Positions 48,556 through 61,153 of a stretch of 64,000 nt of DNA are shown one piece after another. The stretch is taken from NCBI GenBank assembly GCA_052426225.1, contig JBNJNM010000006.1, positions 434,001 to 498,000 on the forward strand, given 5' to 3'. This DNA comes from Zancudomyces culisetae HAW-14-8 (lineage: Eukaryota; Fungi; Kickxellomycota). The first letter of the stretch is position 1. Every line of letters starts with the position of its first letter. The notes under the pieces were generated by a model. The model did not search any database, was not told where the DNA came from, and saw nothing but the letters and a program-made list of their open reading frames with translations. Position numbers and translations under genes: made by a program.

Positions 48556-50870
48556 TATGTTGTTAATATAATTGATTTAATCTTATTTTTTAACTTTGAT
48601 TGTTTGAATGATATAAAGGTAATCCGAACAGAATTGATCGCAACCAGCGTAGTGGAGATTAGCTTGATTATATATCTTTCCCTTACAAATACTTGGGCTA
48701 CACCATCATTTGCTGCGCAGCGAATGTATCACTACAAAGATTATAATGTTTGGAAATGATTTGAGCGAATTGGTTGATGTGGAAAAAATTCCATTTTTTG
48801 GGATTCATGGGCCTATTTAGAAAAGATAGTTCTCGTGGTTACTGAAAGCTTCCAGATTCAAGCTGCGTAAATGGTTGTTATTGATTTTGTTTCAGCAAAG
48901 TGGAAGTTACCTTCTTCGTCCCCCCCCCTCTTGAAGAGTGGTACTAGAGTCTGGCATAATTGCAACACAACGGATAATATAAAGAAAACAAAATATAAAG
49001 GACTGGTCATAAATTGTGCGGTACTTGAACTTTTCTAGAAAAGAAACTTGAAAAAGAATAGAAATATCTATTTTACTACCTCGAAACTCCCTTTTGGGTG
49101 GCTGAAATAGTCTAAAAAGAACAAAACCTTGTATACTTTCCCCAGATATTGTGGCTTTAAACTCTATCAATAACGAGCAAGCTATTAAAAAGACATCAAA
49201 TTAGTATTTCCATTTTTGCTGCGGACTCGAGAAAGTTAAATAGTAAAAATATAAAGAGTTTTATGAAAACTTGTCAAGGAACACTAATGGGTACGTATTC
49301 CTATTATCTTTTTTGGACGAGAAAAATAGTACAGTATGTTCTTTAAGATGTTAATATTGAAGCCCAAGTAAAAGATGAGGTTAGTTGAATGGTAAAATTT
49401 AAAGAGTGGTGTGAATTATGTATGGTGTAGGTTGGTTGTCCACATACACTAATTATCTGAAGTATCAATTCTCGTAAACGTAAACATACCAACACCCTTA
49501 CTTGATACATAGGGTAAAAATAAAACCAACGTTATTTGAAATGAGACTAAAAGATATTTTCATAGCGGTGATTATATTTTTATGAGGTTAAATTGGTTCA
49601 TATTTAGCTTTTTATCACTCTAGCCTTCACTTGTGTTGAACCTTTTGGTAACAGAAAAACAAAGATCTTGTAATTTTTCTTTGAACGCTATTTCAGTGAA
49701 AAATAACATAGTCCTTTAAAAGGTACGCTTTTGCAATTTCGTTCTACCTTTATTTGGCTAGTACTTATTATGTCATGTACCTACCATCAACGTTGATCTA
49801 AAATAACGATATTCATATTTATGCATTAAGCAGAAATAGTTAGAGGTGGGTTCGTTCTTGAATTTTTAAAGATCTACGCTTTTTATAACTTGTAGATCAA
49901 AAATATGCAATTTCATTCCAATTAGTATAGAGGTTCGTATTGTAAATGATCCTCGTTTCTTACATGTCAAAGTACCTGCTCTCCTTCTTTTATTATTCCA
50001 AAAAAAATAAATTAGGAAAGGGAGGGGGGACATGGGTATATTGATCGGCAAGATAAAGCATCAAATGTGCATTATATGCTACAAACTGATCTTCCTCTCA
50101 CGCTGTGTTATGCCATAAACTGTATTAATTTCAACATTTTAATAAATTTACAGAAAATTTTATCCCGATATCCATTTATGAAATTGATATTACAAGGGAA
50201 GCAGCTCCCGTTTCACACTATTATCAGCGCAACGATGCTAGTTTCCTCAGACCCGCCAATATCGACATCACTTAACCTCAAACTTCATAGTCATATCGGC
50301 ATAATTTTGCATGAAACTGTATTAATTTTTGTAGATCAATATCTTATCCAGTTAATACAATTCCAGTACTCTGTCCTACTCATTTTTGCGCGTGTATGCT
50401 GTAATAAGCTAAACTATGCTATAATACGTTGTATATACTACAGAATAGTACACTGAACACCATGGACTCATGTTATACGCTTCATAGCTTGTACCTATAG
50501 CTCTTTCTCATAAAACAAGAGGAGAAAAGACAAGTGAAAATGAGATTGCGCATGCATATTAGTAGCATTATAACAATTTTTCATGATTGCTTAATGTAAT
50601 ACTGCATCTACATTTGTTGTGCGTGTGCATATATTTGTATCACATTTACATGTGTGTGTGTATTGGGGAGGGAGGGCACTCTCTTTATAACCCGGTTAAC
50701 AATAATATGTATTGACAATTCAAGATATATAAATATCCTTAGTATTTCCTCCTTTTTTCCTTTTCTTCTGTAGTAGATAATAATTGTTACTTATTCCACT
50801 TTAATATACTAATATACTAATATACTAATTAATATAATCTTTGGTCCAAACGATAGAAATAGAAGTAGAA

Positions 50871-52708
50871 ATGAATAGATCTAATAATAAGATTGCTACT
50901 TTTCGCCATAGTAGTATTATGGCCTTAGCTATGATCCTAGTGCTCAACTTTGGTTTCAGAGATGGTAAGTTACCTGTGATTATTTGATGATACTGATCCT
51001 CGAGATTCTATTACTTTTAACACCTCCTCATCTCTATTCGACTGCGTGTTGCTCTTTAAAGTATATTTTGCCATATCGGTATCTATTTTACAAGTGATAA
51101 ATAATAGCTAAATCTAATATTCATATATTTTGCACAATATTAATAGTGAATGCCAAGCCTGTGTCGCCAAACAATGACGGCGGTAGTGGCAATAAGCAGA
51201 CTGCTGATACCAAGCCGGATACATCCACAAATCCATTTGGACAAAACTCACCTTTGTTTATTGAGCTTCCACAAAGCTATCCCAATAATGATGCCTCATC
51301 GATTATCCCAAATAACCTGATGAATAAAAACGATTTTGGAACACTCAACATGCCTAACTCTGGATTTAAAAATCTAGATTTTGTAATGAGAGAAACGGAT
51401 GGTAAATTTTTATCATCGGAATCGCCATCGTTTTCACCATCGGCAGCTGAATGGGTGAATGTGGAAGTAACAGAAGAAAAAGCAGGAAATGGTGAAGGGG
51501 AAGGAAATGAAGATAAAAATAATGCTGGGTATAAAGAGCTATCCTCCAACCCATCTATAAAGCAGAGTAACAATGAAAATATTAATATGAATAACCTGGC
51601 TGCAGCAAATCCAAATAAAAACAATGCCAAAAGCCCTATTGCGACAGTAGTTGTAAAGACTGTGGTTACACAAGTCAAAACAGCGATAAAGGTAGTAACC
51701 GCAACAGTACCAGCACCAAAGCCGGCATCAAAACCAGTTTCGGCACCAGCGTCGACACCACCATCAGCGTCGGCAGCAGCACCAGTGTCAGCACCGGCTC
51801 CACAGGGTGGCGCTGCTAAAAACGTAACAAATACACCAATTGTTGGCAAAACCAGGATAGTTGGTGGTACTACCGTGACTGCAAGCAACGAAAAGATTAA
51901 CTACAGATATGCTGGATATTTGGTCGACTACCGACGCAGCATCTTTTGTGGAGCGACTTTGATCAGTCCCGATTGGTTGGTAACAGCAGCTCACTGCTTG
52001 TATGGTGGCTATCTCAACGATATGTATGTACGTGTTGGAAACTATAACTTTACGTTGAATATGGATTCCAATTTCCGTCGCGTCACACGTGGACTACTTC
52101 ACGGACAGTACAACCCAACCACACTTGACAACGATATCGCATTGCTTAAGGTCGCCTCGCCATTCAATCCGACCGATGGTATTGGCGGGTCCATAAATCC
52201 CGCAAAAGTTTACTCTCCAAACACAAATACCAGACCACCAATAACCGATAATGCGTTACTCTGGGCCCTGGGATGGGGTGCTACCGATTCAAAGGGTACC
52301 GAAATGTCCTCAGTTCTCAAAAAAGCTCAAATAATCACTTTGCCCAAGGCCCAATGCAACCAGATATATGCCGGGTTTACAGGAAATAATGTTGGAAACC
52401 AACTGTGCGCAACTGGAACCAACCAGAACTACGACTCCAACGGAAATATTGTTGGTGGTGGAGTTGGTGGCGATACATGTAGTGGTGATTCGGGTGGTCC
52501 TGTAATAGTTCTAGATTCAACCAAAGACTTGAATAACCCAGTTTCCAGACTGGTAGGCATCACAAGTTATGGTACCTGGATAGCCAGCTTGAACCTGGTC
52601 AGCAAGTGCGGAAACAGAAATATTGTAGGTGTCTATACCAATGCTTCGAAATATGTAAACTTTATTTCGCAGGCTACTGGGTTGACTGTACAGTACCTGA
52701 CATCCTAG
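50871..52708 (+). CDS. Secreted trypsin-family (S1) serine protease with long low-complexity pro-region
   Basis: Signal-peptide exon 50871-50964, intron 50965-51146, exon 51147-52708. R|IVGG activation site, TAAHC, DIALL, GDTCSGDSGGP. Confidence 0.9.
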
Positions 52709-53031
52709 TTATCGCTAATTTCTTATTTACCTTTTAGTTTTATTTATTTTTTACTCGCGTTTTTAGAATCTTTAATTGATTATTGTAGAATTAAAGTAAA
52801 ATGCGACTTTTAGATACAGATTAATAAATTAAATAACAATCTTAATTATACCAAAACAAAAGAATGCATTCAACTAATACTAAATATTTTTTTACCTTGG
52901 AATTGCAAGAACAAATGAAGTAAGAACTATAAACATTTCAACAAAAAATAAAATAAAACAAGTGATAAATGACAAAACATACCAAGGTTTATCAAGCAAA
53001 GGAGTGTACATGTGAGTAAAACATGCGTGTA

Positions 53032-56000
53032 TTAGTATTTTAAATAGCTCTCAACACACAAAGACGATCGCAGCTTTTTGTTGGCAGCATGCCTTGTATT
53101 AGCCCCATTAACCATACCACGCGAAGGTGTAGATGGGCGGCTGCCATTTTCAGATAAATGTTTGTTGTCGCTGCCATTATCGGCAACACCGTGGACATTG
53201 GCAGAAGAGCCGTGTTCATCGGAGGCGGTGGAGGGGGTTTCATATAACAAACTTGTGGGCAGTAGCTTTCCATAGCTAGTTTGGATAGGTTCGTTAAAAA
53301 TAAACACATCTACACTACCGCTACTAGTATCAGTACTACCGTTAAAGCCATTTGCTCCCGCACATGTTTGTAAATTGGACAAGGGGGGCGAGGGTTTATA
53401 AAATGCGTTGCAGGTGGTTTCTGTATAGTATCCAAAAGCAGAACGGCTCTCTGAAAGCGGAGAGTCTGTGGGTTTTGAGTCAATAAAAATGGGGAATAGC
53501 AGGTGAGGGGCATATATGGATAGAGCAGACCAGGACGACTTTGTAATGGGATTGAAGTAATTAATTTTGTGAGGCATGCTGGGATCAGATGGTTTATTTT
53601 TGCTAGCAGCAGCGCTGCGGCCGGGAGGGGAAAAGAAAGAATCAAAATCCTGCTCTTCATCAAGAGAAGATAAATAGCTGATGGTTTTTTGGTAGTGCTC
53701 AGCAGAATATGACTTTGATCTTCTCATCGACATGGTTATGTTTTTATACAGATTGTTTAAATTTTCAAGCAACTCGGCTTCACAAGTTCCCCTATTATCT
53801 AGCCATGCGATCAGATGATCGAGTTCCTCGACGGTGGAGTAGTGGGGCCAGGAATAATCATCCTGGTGAGAGGTGGACTGTGTACCGAAGCTGGTGGGTG
53901 TGGCACATGATGAAGACCATTTTGGGCCCAATTCGGTATAGTAATATCGATATACAAAGGAGGGAAGAGTCGAGTCGGTAGATGTGATAAAGGCAGTGGG
54001 TCTGACAAAGAGCCTACCGGCGCACTGTGCGCTGCCAACCTGATCAATATAGTAGTATTTTGTTCCAAAACGGTCGACACCAAGTTCGGCTAGTCGGTTT
54101 ACTTGGAGCTTGGCCAGCTGCTTCAAGTTGTAGCTGATTGCTTTGGTTAGCTTGTGTATAGAAGACATGAGTTTTCGCTTTTCATAGTGAGTATCAACAT
54201 ATTTTTTACTAGTTGCATTTACATTTGTGGTAGCTGTGGTTGTGGCTGTGGTTGTAGCTTTAACACAGGAATCGGTGCCACCAGATGATACTGTTTTTGT
54301 TTCAGAAGAAGAATCTGGTGCTTCAAGTTCGGCTAGCAACTCGGTAGCTGACTTCAACTCCCGTCTAAACTCAGTAACCTCTGCGTTAAGTATGGCGGCT
54401 TCGGCATTACAAGCATCTATATATTCTCTAATTAAGTCGCATGTCACCGCTACATTTTGCATCTCCGCGATAGTCGCCAATCGCTCCTTCAAGCCGAATC
54501 GAGTATAAATAAGGTTTCGCAACGTCAGAGGTTTCCAATCGCTGAGTACTAGCGTCCTAAGAAAATCGATAGCATTAATATGCTCGGCATTTTCAAGCAA
54601 ATATCCAACGAACATGTAAATCCAGCTAACAGACTCGGCAGACGCAACACAATGTGCCCATTTCTGCGCCAAAGTCGCTGCCAGGCTGAGTTTGTCGCTG
54701 TTTGTATGAAGGTGAAGCAAATCGATAGTAACTTTTGTTTTTCCCTTTTCACCGGCCACACAGCTTTGCAGTGTGAACTCGGAATCAGTTGTGTACCAAA
54801 TGTTATCATAGTTGGGTTTGGTGGTTGGGGCAATATTGGTTCTGGTGCTATTCCTGGTGGTTCGCTTGGGGTATGCTTTGGCGGGTCGAGTATTGTCATC
54901 GCTTTCTGTTTGATGCTCAGTATCGCTTTCATCATCGCCAAATATTGACGACACATCTGACAACGAAGAATCATCCATAAGCTCATTATACTCGGTTTCA
55001 TCTGATATATTGCTGCCACCCCCGTTGGTTTGCACCTCCGTATTATCCTCTGCCCGTTGTTCGTCGCCATCAATACCCAACAACTTGGCCAAGTCCTCTT
55101 CAGTAATTGTTTTTTCATATCCCTCTGCCTCCTCCTCCAACTTTGTCGAAATACAGTTAAGTAGAGAGATAATACACATATTGAACAAGTTGCAGTTGGG
55201 AAGCATCGATATACAGTCTTCTCGACCTAGAGGGACACAGAGTCCATGGCCCAACATTGTCTCATAACTATCCAGACTAAACGATCCAAGTTTAAGTGGC
55301 TTAGCCATCCAGGCATAGAACACATATGTCTGCATCATTTGGTCTACAAACTCGAGCTTGATTCGCCATTTAACTTGCGGTTGTGGCCATTGGACTATTT
55401 TCTCTACTTCTGTTTCTGCAACGTCGCTTCGTGTTTTTTCCTCCTCGCTCGTATCTCTAACCATTTCTAGTCGCCCGCTCTCTGTAATCACTAGTTTTCT
55501 CTTGTTTGACACCGTTCCTTTCTTGTCTACTTGTGTTGGTTGATGTTTTTTATTCCACAACTTTTCTATCTTGTTAAGTATCCCCTTCCCCTCAATTATG
55601 TGTTTGTATTCCAATGCCCGGATATCCCCGATTGGAAACTTTTTAATTCCCATCAACTCCCTTCGTAGTTGCTGCTCCTTGCTCATAGCTATTGGTTTGG
55701 TTCCATTGCTTTGCTTCCCTACTTTACTCGTCCCTGTGGCTTCTGGCTGCTTCGTAACAAGTGCAAGTAATCCCGTCTTCTCCTTTGATTTCACCATCTT
55801 TTCGTCTTTTATCAACCCAAACTTTTCCATCTGCTTTTTCCCCAACGGAACCACTATTTTTTCCATAACCTTTTCTTTATGTTTTTTTTCCCCACTTTTC
55901 TCTTGCCTTTTATCTAGCCTTTTCTCTTCGAGCTTTCTACTCTTGACAGTAACCTCAATCAACTGCTCATCGTTTGCTATTCTTTCCTCGTCCTTCTTAA

Positions 56001-57118
56001 TTTTGTTCAGAATACGCTCAAGCTCCGCTTCGCTTGCCTCATCTTGTACTGGTTCTTCAGTGCTTAATTCCTCTTCCAGTTTCAATCCAAACATCTTCCG
56101 GAGCCTCTCCCGTGCCAGGTGACTGTGATAAACATGCCCGTCTTTGTATGATACCAACTTTACCAAAGTTCTTATTGCTTTTACTGAGTACACATCATTA
56201 CTTCTGCTTATCTGACTCGCCAATACAATCCTTTCGTTTCCTAGCTTGCCTGTCTTGCTATCAATTATTCTCACTATATACTTTTGATTCTTGAGTTCCT
56301 CCTCCTCCATTACCCTCTTTTCCTCGCTACCACCTGCACTTCCCGCTGCACTTCTTCTGCTAAAGAAATCTAGTCTCATTGATCTTTTAGTGCCTCCGTT
56401 GTCTTTGCTGCTTTCTGTTTGCCTCGTTTTCTTGACTAATTCTAGTATGATACATCGCTCCACTTTTTGCCCCACTTTTATATATCCAAACTCCTGTGCT
56501 TTAAATCTGTATCTCAGCTTGACCTGCATTGTTCTAACTAGGTCCTCAAAGCTTCCTACATCTGTTTTTATATTTAAGTTTCAATTATTAATCTTATTCT
56601 TCTTAAGATTGATCCAATAGTTAACGTTAAATAGCTATGCATCCATATTTATTGCTATTCGTAAATACACATACAATAAAATAAAATAAACTCTTACAGT
56701 TGTGTGCATATTCAACCACCCCTCTTAAAAATCCCATAGACATCTCTCCAACTGGCTCCACTTTTGCTGTACCGGTACTGGCAGTGAGCTTTTCGTCGAC
56801 GCCTGCTACTTGCCCACTCACACCCTTAGCTTTGTCTTTATCCTCTTTATCTTGTGCCCGGATTTTGGCTTTTTGTTCCCGTCTTGCCATAATTTCATTT
56901 GTCAAGGCCTCTTCATAGGTCAGCCCATCCTTTCCCGTAACTTCACATTCCCATACTGGCTTTAAATACTGTTGCATCTTTTTGATATATTCTGCGTATT
57001 CCAAGAATATTTCATCGGTAAATCGTATTTTCCATACCTCGATTTTTCCATTCACTGCTGCTGCCTCTAGATCTGGCATCGCTGCCTTCTCAACCTTCCT
57101 TTTGTTTAATAGTGGCAT
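53032..57118 (-). CDS. ITC1: ISWI-complex subunit Itc1/Acf1-like (WAC, DDT, WHIM/WSD domains)
   Basis: Exons 57118-56698 and 56561-53032. WAC: EVWKIRFTDEIFLEYAEY...VWECEVTGKDGLTYEEAL. DDT-like: MMQTYVFYAWMAKPLKLGSFSLD. WSD: LGVDRFGTKYYY and YSTVEELDHLIAWLDNRGTCEAEL. Confidence 0.85.
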
Positions 57119-60100
57119 TGTTTCTCGCTTTTCTCCTCCGTTTCTTTATTTTTATAGCCTAATTTATTACGCTGGGCCCTATACAGCAAAGGAAAAAAAT
57201 ATATCTGGAAGTATTATTCCTTAATCTGCAGCTGTTAGTACAGGTGTTCGATTGACTTTCTTTTTCAAAGATACGCTGATGCCCCTCACCTCTTCTTCAG
57301 TTTCGGTTCTTTAGTTTATCACAACTTGTTTGCTATGGGCTATTTGCTAAAGCGTTGTTTCGCGCGTAGTAATCAAACGGCTGTTAATGAGGGTAGATGT
57401 ATGCTACTTTATTTACCACTTTCAAATCTCCGGTTTAATATCTGTTCTACTGTCGTAGCTATATGTGCAGCTATATATATATATATCCTTCAAAAGCCTA
57501 TTGGTATGACTATACCCTTTTCTTGTCTTGGTTGGGAATTGGTATACTCTGTGTATATAGATTTAACTAGTATCTAGGATTTTTAGTAAACTGTAGAACC
57601 ATAAATAATTGTTTTTTTGTTCACGTCAACACCGTTTACTATATTCAAAAAAATAGTCTAGAAGTTCGCTGAATGAAAAAAAAAAAAACAAACAAACACG
57701 AAGGCATGATTGCAACCAAGTCTTTTATTTACTCGCAGTTATTTTTTATTTCTGTTCTGGTGTCTAGGGGGTCTAAAAGTATTGTCGAATTTGTAATAAT
57801 TGCAACTCCTGGCTTGATGCATAATCTCCTCCATGTGTGCTTTTTCTAGAAAGATTATCTCAAAGGATAATACTTCGGCACAGCTAAACCATCTTGTGCT
57901 ACAATATTAAGACTTCATCCGCTCACGCCCCCCTCACCCTCACCCTCACCTTCACCTTCACCTTCACCCTTGTTAAAACTATTCACTTTATAGCAACCCC
58001 AAACCTCATAATATCTGCCTAAAACTTTGAGCCATATTTTTTTCTATTGTTTTTTGCTTTTTTGTGAAGGAGTGGTGGTGGTGGTATATTTTATTACAAT
58101 TTCCTCGCAGTTAAAGTTGCTGATTTGTCCTTGTATACATGTTTCGCGATTATTATTTTTTCATCATACCGTTTTTCTAAAAATCATTTTGTTTTTTCCA
58201 TTCTGCCTGAAAAAATACAAAAAACACGCTACTAGCTAGCTTGCAATTTGCAAACAAATAAAGTCAATAAAAAATTCCCGCTGTTTTTATTCACCAGCTT
58301 TGTTTACTTTTTTTTTGTATGATTTAGTTTGTTTATTTTCGCTATTTAAATGCACGGAAATTGAAGTGTAGTAACAATATTTATTTTTCAAATTTTTATT
58401 GTGTTAAACATCTATAAATGAGTATGAAAAGGACTCAGTGGACCCTGATGCTCGATAAGCTGATTAGATGCATTTAAGATGTTTTATCTCTTTTTTCTAA
58501 TATATTCTTTTTCTTCCAATTAATTCACATTTGAAGATCCCCTCCCCTCCAGAAATAAAAATCAACTCTAAAGTCCACCCATTTCAAGGCAGCCATCAAC
58601 TTCAACACACCCTTATAGGACTGTATAATTTTGATTCATCTTTGACTTGGTTCCTGACACGCACCATATCCTTTATCTCGAACTGATTAAAATTTCCACA
58701 AAAAGTCATTTCTATTGTTGCTACACATTATGACAGCTTTATTGGTAGTATAGAGTTAAACACCTTGAAATAAGCACAATGCAGCTGACTCCAGCTGCTT
58801 TAGAAAGCATAACACCATCACCCTAAACTCGTGTCATGTCTTTATACTCCTACCATATTCACACATACACGGATCTTTCTCTAATCGCTATTTAGTGTAG
58901 CACTCGCCTAGTGTTTTTTTTCATTATGCTTTTTTCTTGGTGCCCGTACCTCCCAAGGTTGAGGTGGGGTAAACTGGTTGATATAATCTGGAAATATTAT
59001 ATTCCAAGTTCATTCTACACTATACACATCCAAGCCATCAACAGGCTGCCTATTTTCCAGTAGTGTTTATTCAACACCCAATCGAGTCATGATAAATTCC
59101 CAAAAATGGCTCGTTTTCAAGAAGCGCTGACATGAGTACATAGAATATACCCACCCCCATCCCCCAAAGAAAGATTATGAGTCCAGCTGGTGTATTATAG
59201 TAACGTTTAAACTATTATACCTCGAACTTCGAGCTTATGCTGATCAATCCCAAAAACACAACTTTTTTTTCTTTTTTTTTGTAATGAAAAGAAAGGACTT
59301 CAAAATTAGAGTTTTGAAAGCCATTTGCCTTGCAACTATTATGCTTTTGAAATAAAAAAGTTAATGAAGCATATCCCGCGGTAAAGTATCTACTGCGTGA
59401 AATTATATAGGATGGAACTTTTGGATTTTGTAGCCATTGAGACTCAATGTGCTGGGTGGGGGTAACCAAAGCATAATTTCTGAATATTATGGTAATTTAT
59501 CGATTAGGCCTTAGCTTGCTCAGCTTTCAAGATAAATGCGAGTAAAGTTGGGAATAAAAGTATATCAAAATTAATGCCAAATCAATGTTTAAATAATGAG
59601 GAGGGGTTGGTTGGGTTAGGATTCCACCCTTTTGTTTAGGCAATTTAAGCCAAGGAATTTTTTTTGTCTTTTTTAGGAATAGAAGGTAATGGACAGAACA
59701 AAGAAAATTAAACTTTACTGATTAGGGAACAAGAAACTAGTGGGTAATGATTTGCCGAGAGTTGTTAACATTCGAAAGCCAAAAAAAACGTGTTAGCAAT
59801 AGATAGCATCGTTTCATTTGTTTTGTATTACAAATAATAACAAACTTTTGTAATAATAAAGTGTTGTTGGAACTAGGTTTTACTTGTCTTTTTTTTATAC
59901 CTTTGTGTAAATGTTGAGCAAAATAGCTTAAAAAAAAACCTCGTTTTTATTGTTTTGAAATACGATTCCACCCTATTATGATTGCAAGATGGCATTAGAT
60001 TCGCATTTAAAGAAAAAAATCAGGATATTAATTGCAAAAAAATTTTTTTTTCAGGAATACCGAATTATATTCCATTTTCATGTTGGAGGATTTATAGTTG

Positions 60101-60756
60101 TCTAGAACGAGGAGCTAATCTGGAACAGAAAATGAGAGTGGGGTGAAATAAACGGGCAATATACCAACAGTATGTGCAGACAGGTTGGTCAGCAAGTTTC
60201 GACCGTCCAATGGAGCTGGAGAACCAGAAAATATTATTTGCGCAGAGTTAAGAGAGTGTAGAGTGTATATGCATGTTTGGGTAAGCAAAATTTTGCAGCT
60301 GAAAATGGCTGGTAAATAGTTGGTTGTTATGAATTAGTAATGCAGTTTCCAGAATATTTATCACATTTGAAAAAAAAAATTTTTCCACGATTCTCCCAAT
60401 TACCATTTGCGTGAAGCTGCTTGATACCAACAGTGAGCAAATTCTCCGGGAACATAAAAAGTGGTAGAGAGTAAATCATGCTAAGAAAAACAGAAACTAA
60501 ACGATAAAAGGTGATTGATAGCTGTAAATTTAGGTCAAAAATTGTATAAAAGCAACCAGATTGGAAACTTGCTAAAGTTAACTACATAAAAATTTTCGAT
60601 TTTTTGTTTATTTGCGCTTAAAGCCTCACTACAAAAAAACGACAAAGTCTACTGCCATATATTCCCTTAAAGAATAACTTTATTTGGGGGAATAGTTTAG
60701 GTTAATACCTTAAAAACGTTTTCGAATTTGTTAGCTTCGCTACATAACCCCCACAG

Positions 60757-60963
60757 GTAAGTTTTTTAATGTATAATTTTGGAAAAGGGAGAGGGATCTA
60801 TAGTCGAAAGTGTCGGCCGTGTATTTATAAGAAATATACACTAGTACTCTTTTTTTTTTGATGTCCATCCTTTTTTTTATTTTTCAGTACGACATTGTGT
60901 GTAATACTTATTCAACACACTTACAACGCATACTAACAGAATTTCAATAAATGTTTTATATAG
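60757..60963 (+). other. Probable 5'-UTR intron of INO1
   Basis: CAG|GTAAGT donor at 60757, perfect TACTAAC branch point at 60931-60937, TATAG acceptor at 60963, TATA-like TATAAAAG at ~60545. No ATG-initiated coding exon upstream. Confidence 0.65.
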
Positions 60964-61153
60964 AGGGAGAAAGAGATTGCACCCAAAACCAAAAACTAGC
61001 CGTTAAGAACCCATCCTAAAGTTTTAAAAGGAACTTTTCTCCTCGGGGCGTTATTATCATCAAATCAAACTACTTTTTATAAAACTCACTCTTTTTTTAA
61101 AAAAAAATTCAGGACTTTTCAAATCTACTAAGAAAAAAAACACAGGAAAAAAA

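Noticed and set aside
57931-57970. (CCCTCA/CCTTCA)n resembling telomere-variant repeats; also (AACCC)n at ~20236-20270
   Set aside because: Short and degenerate; similar penta- and hexamer slippage repeats are scattered through the intergenic DNA.
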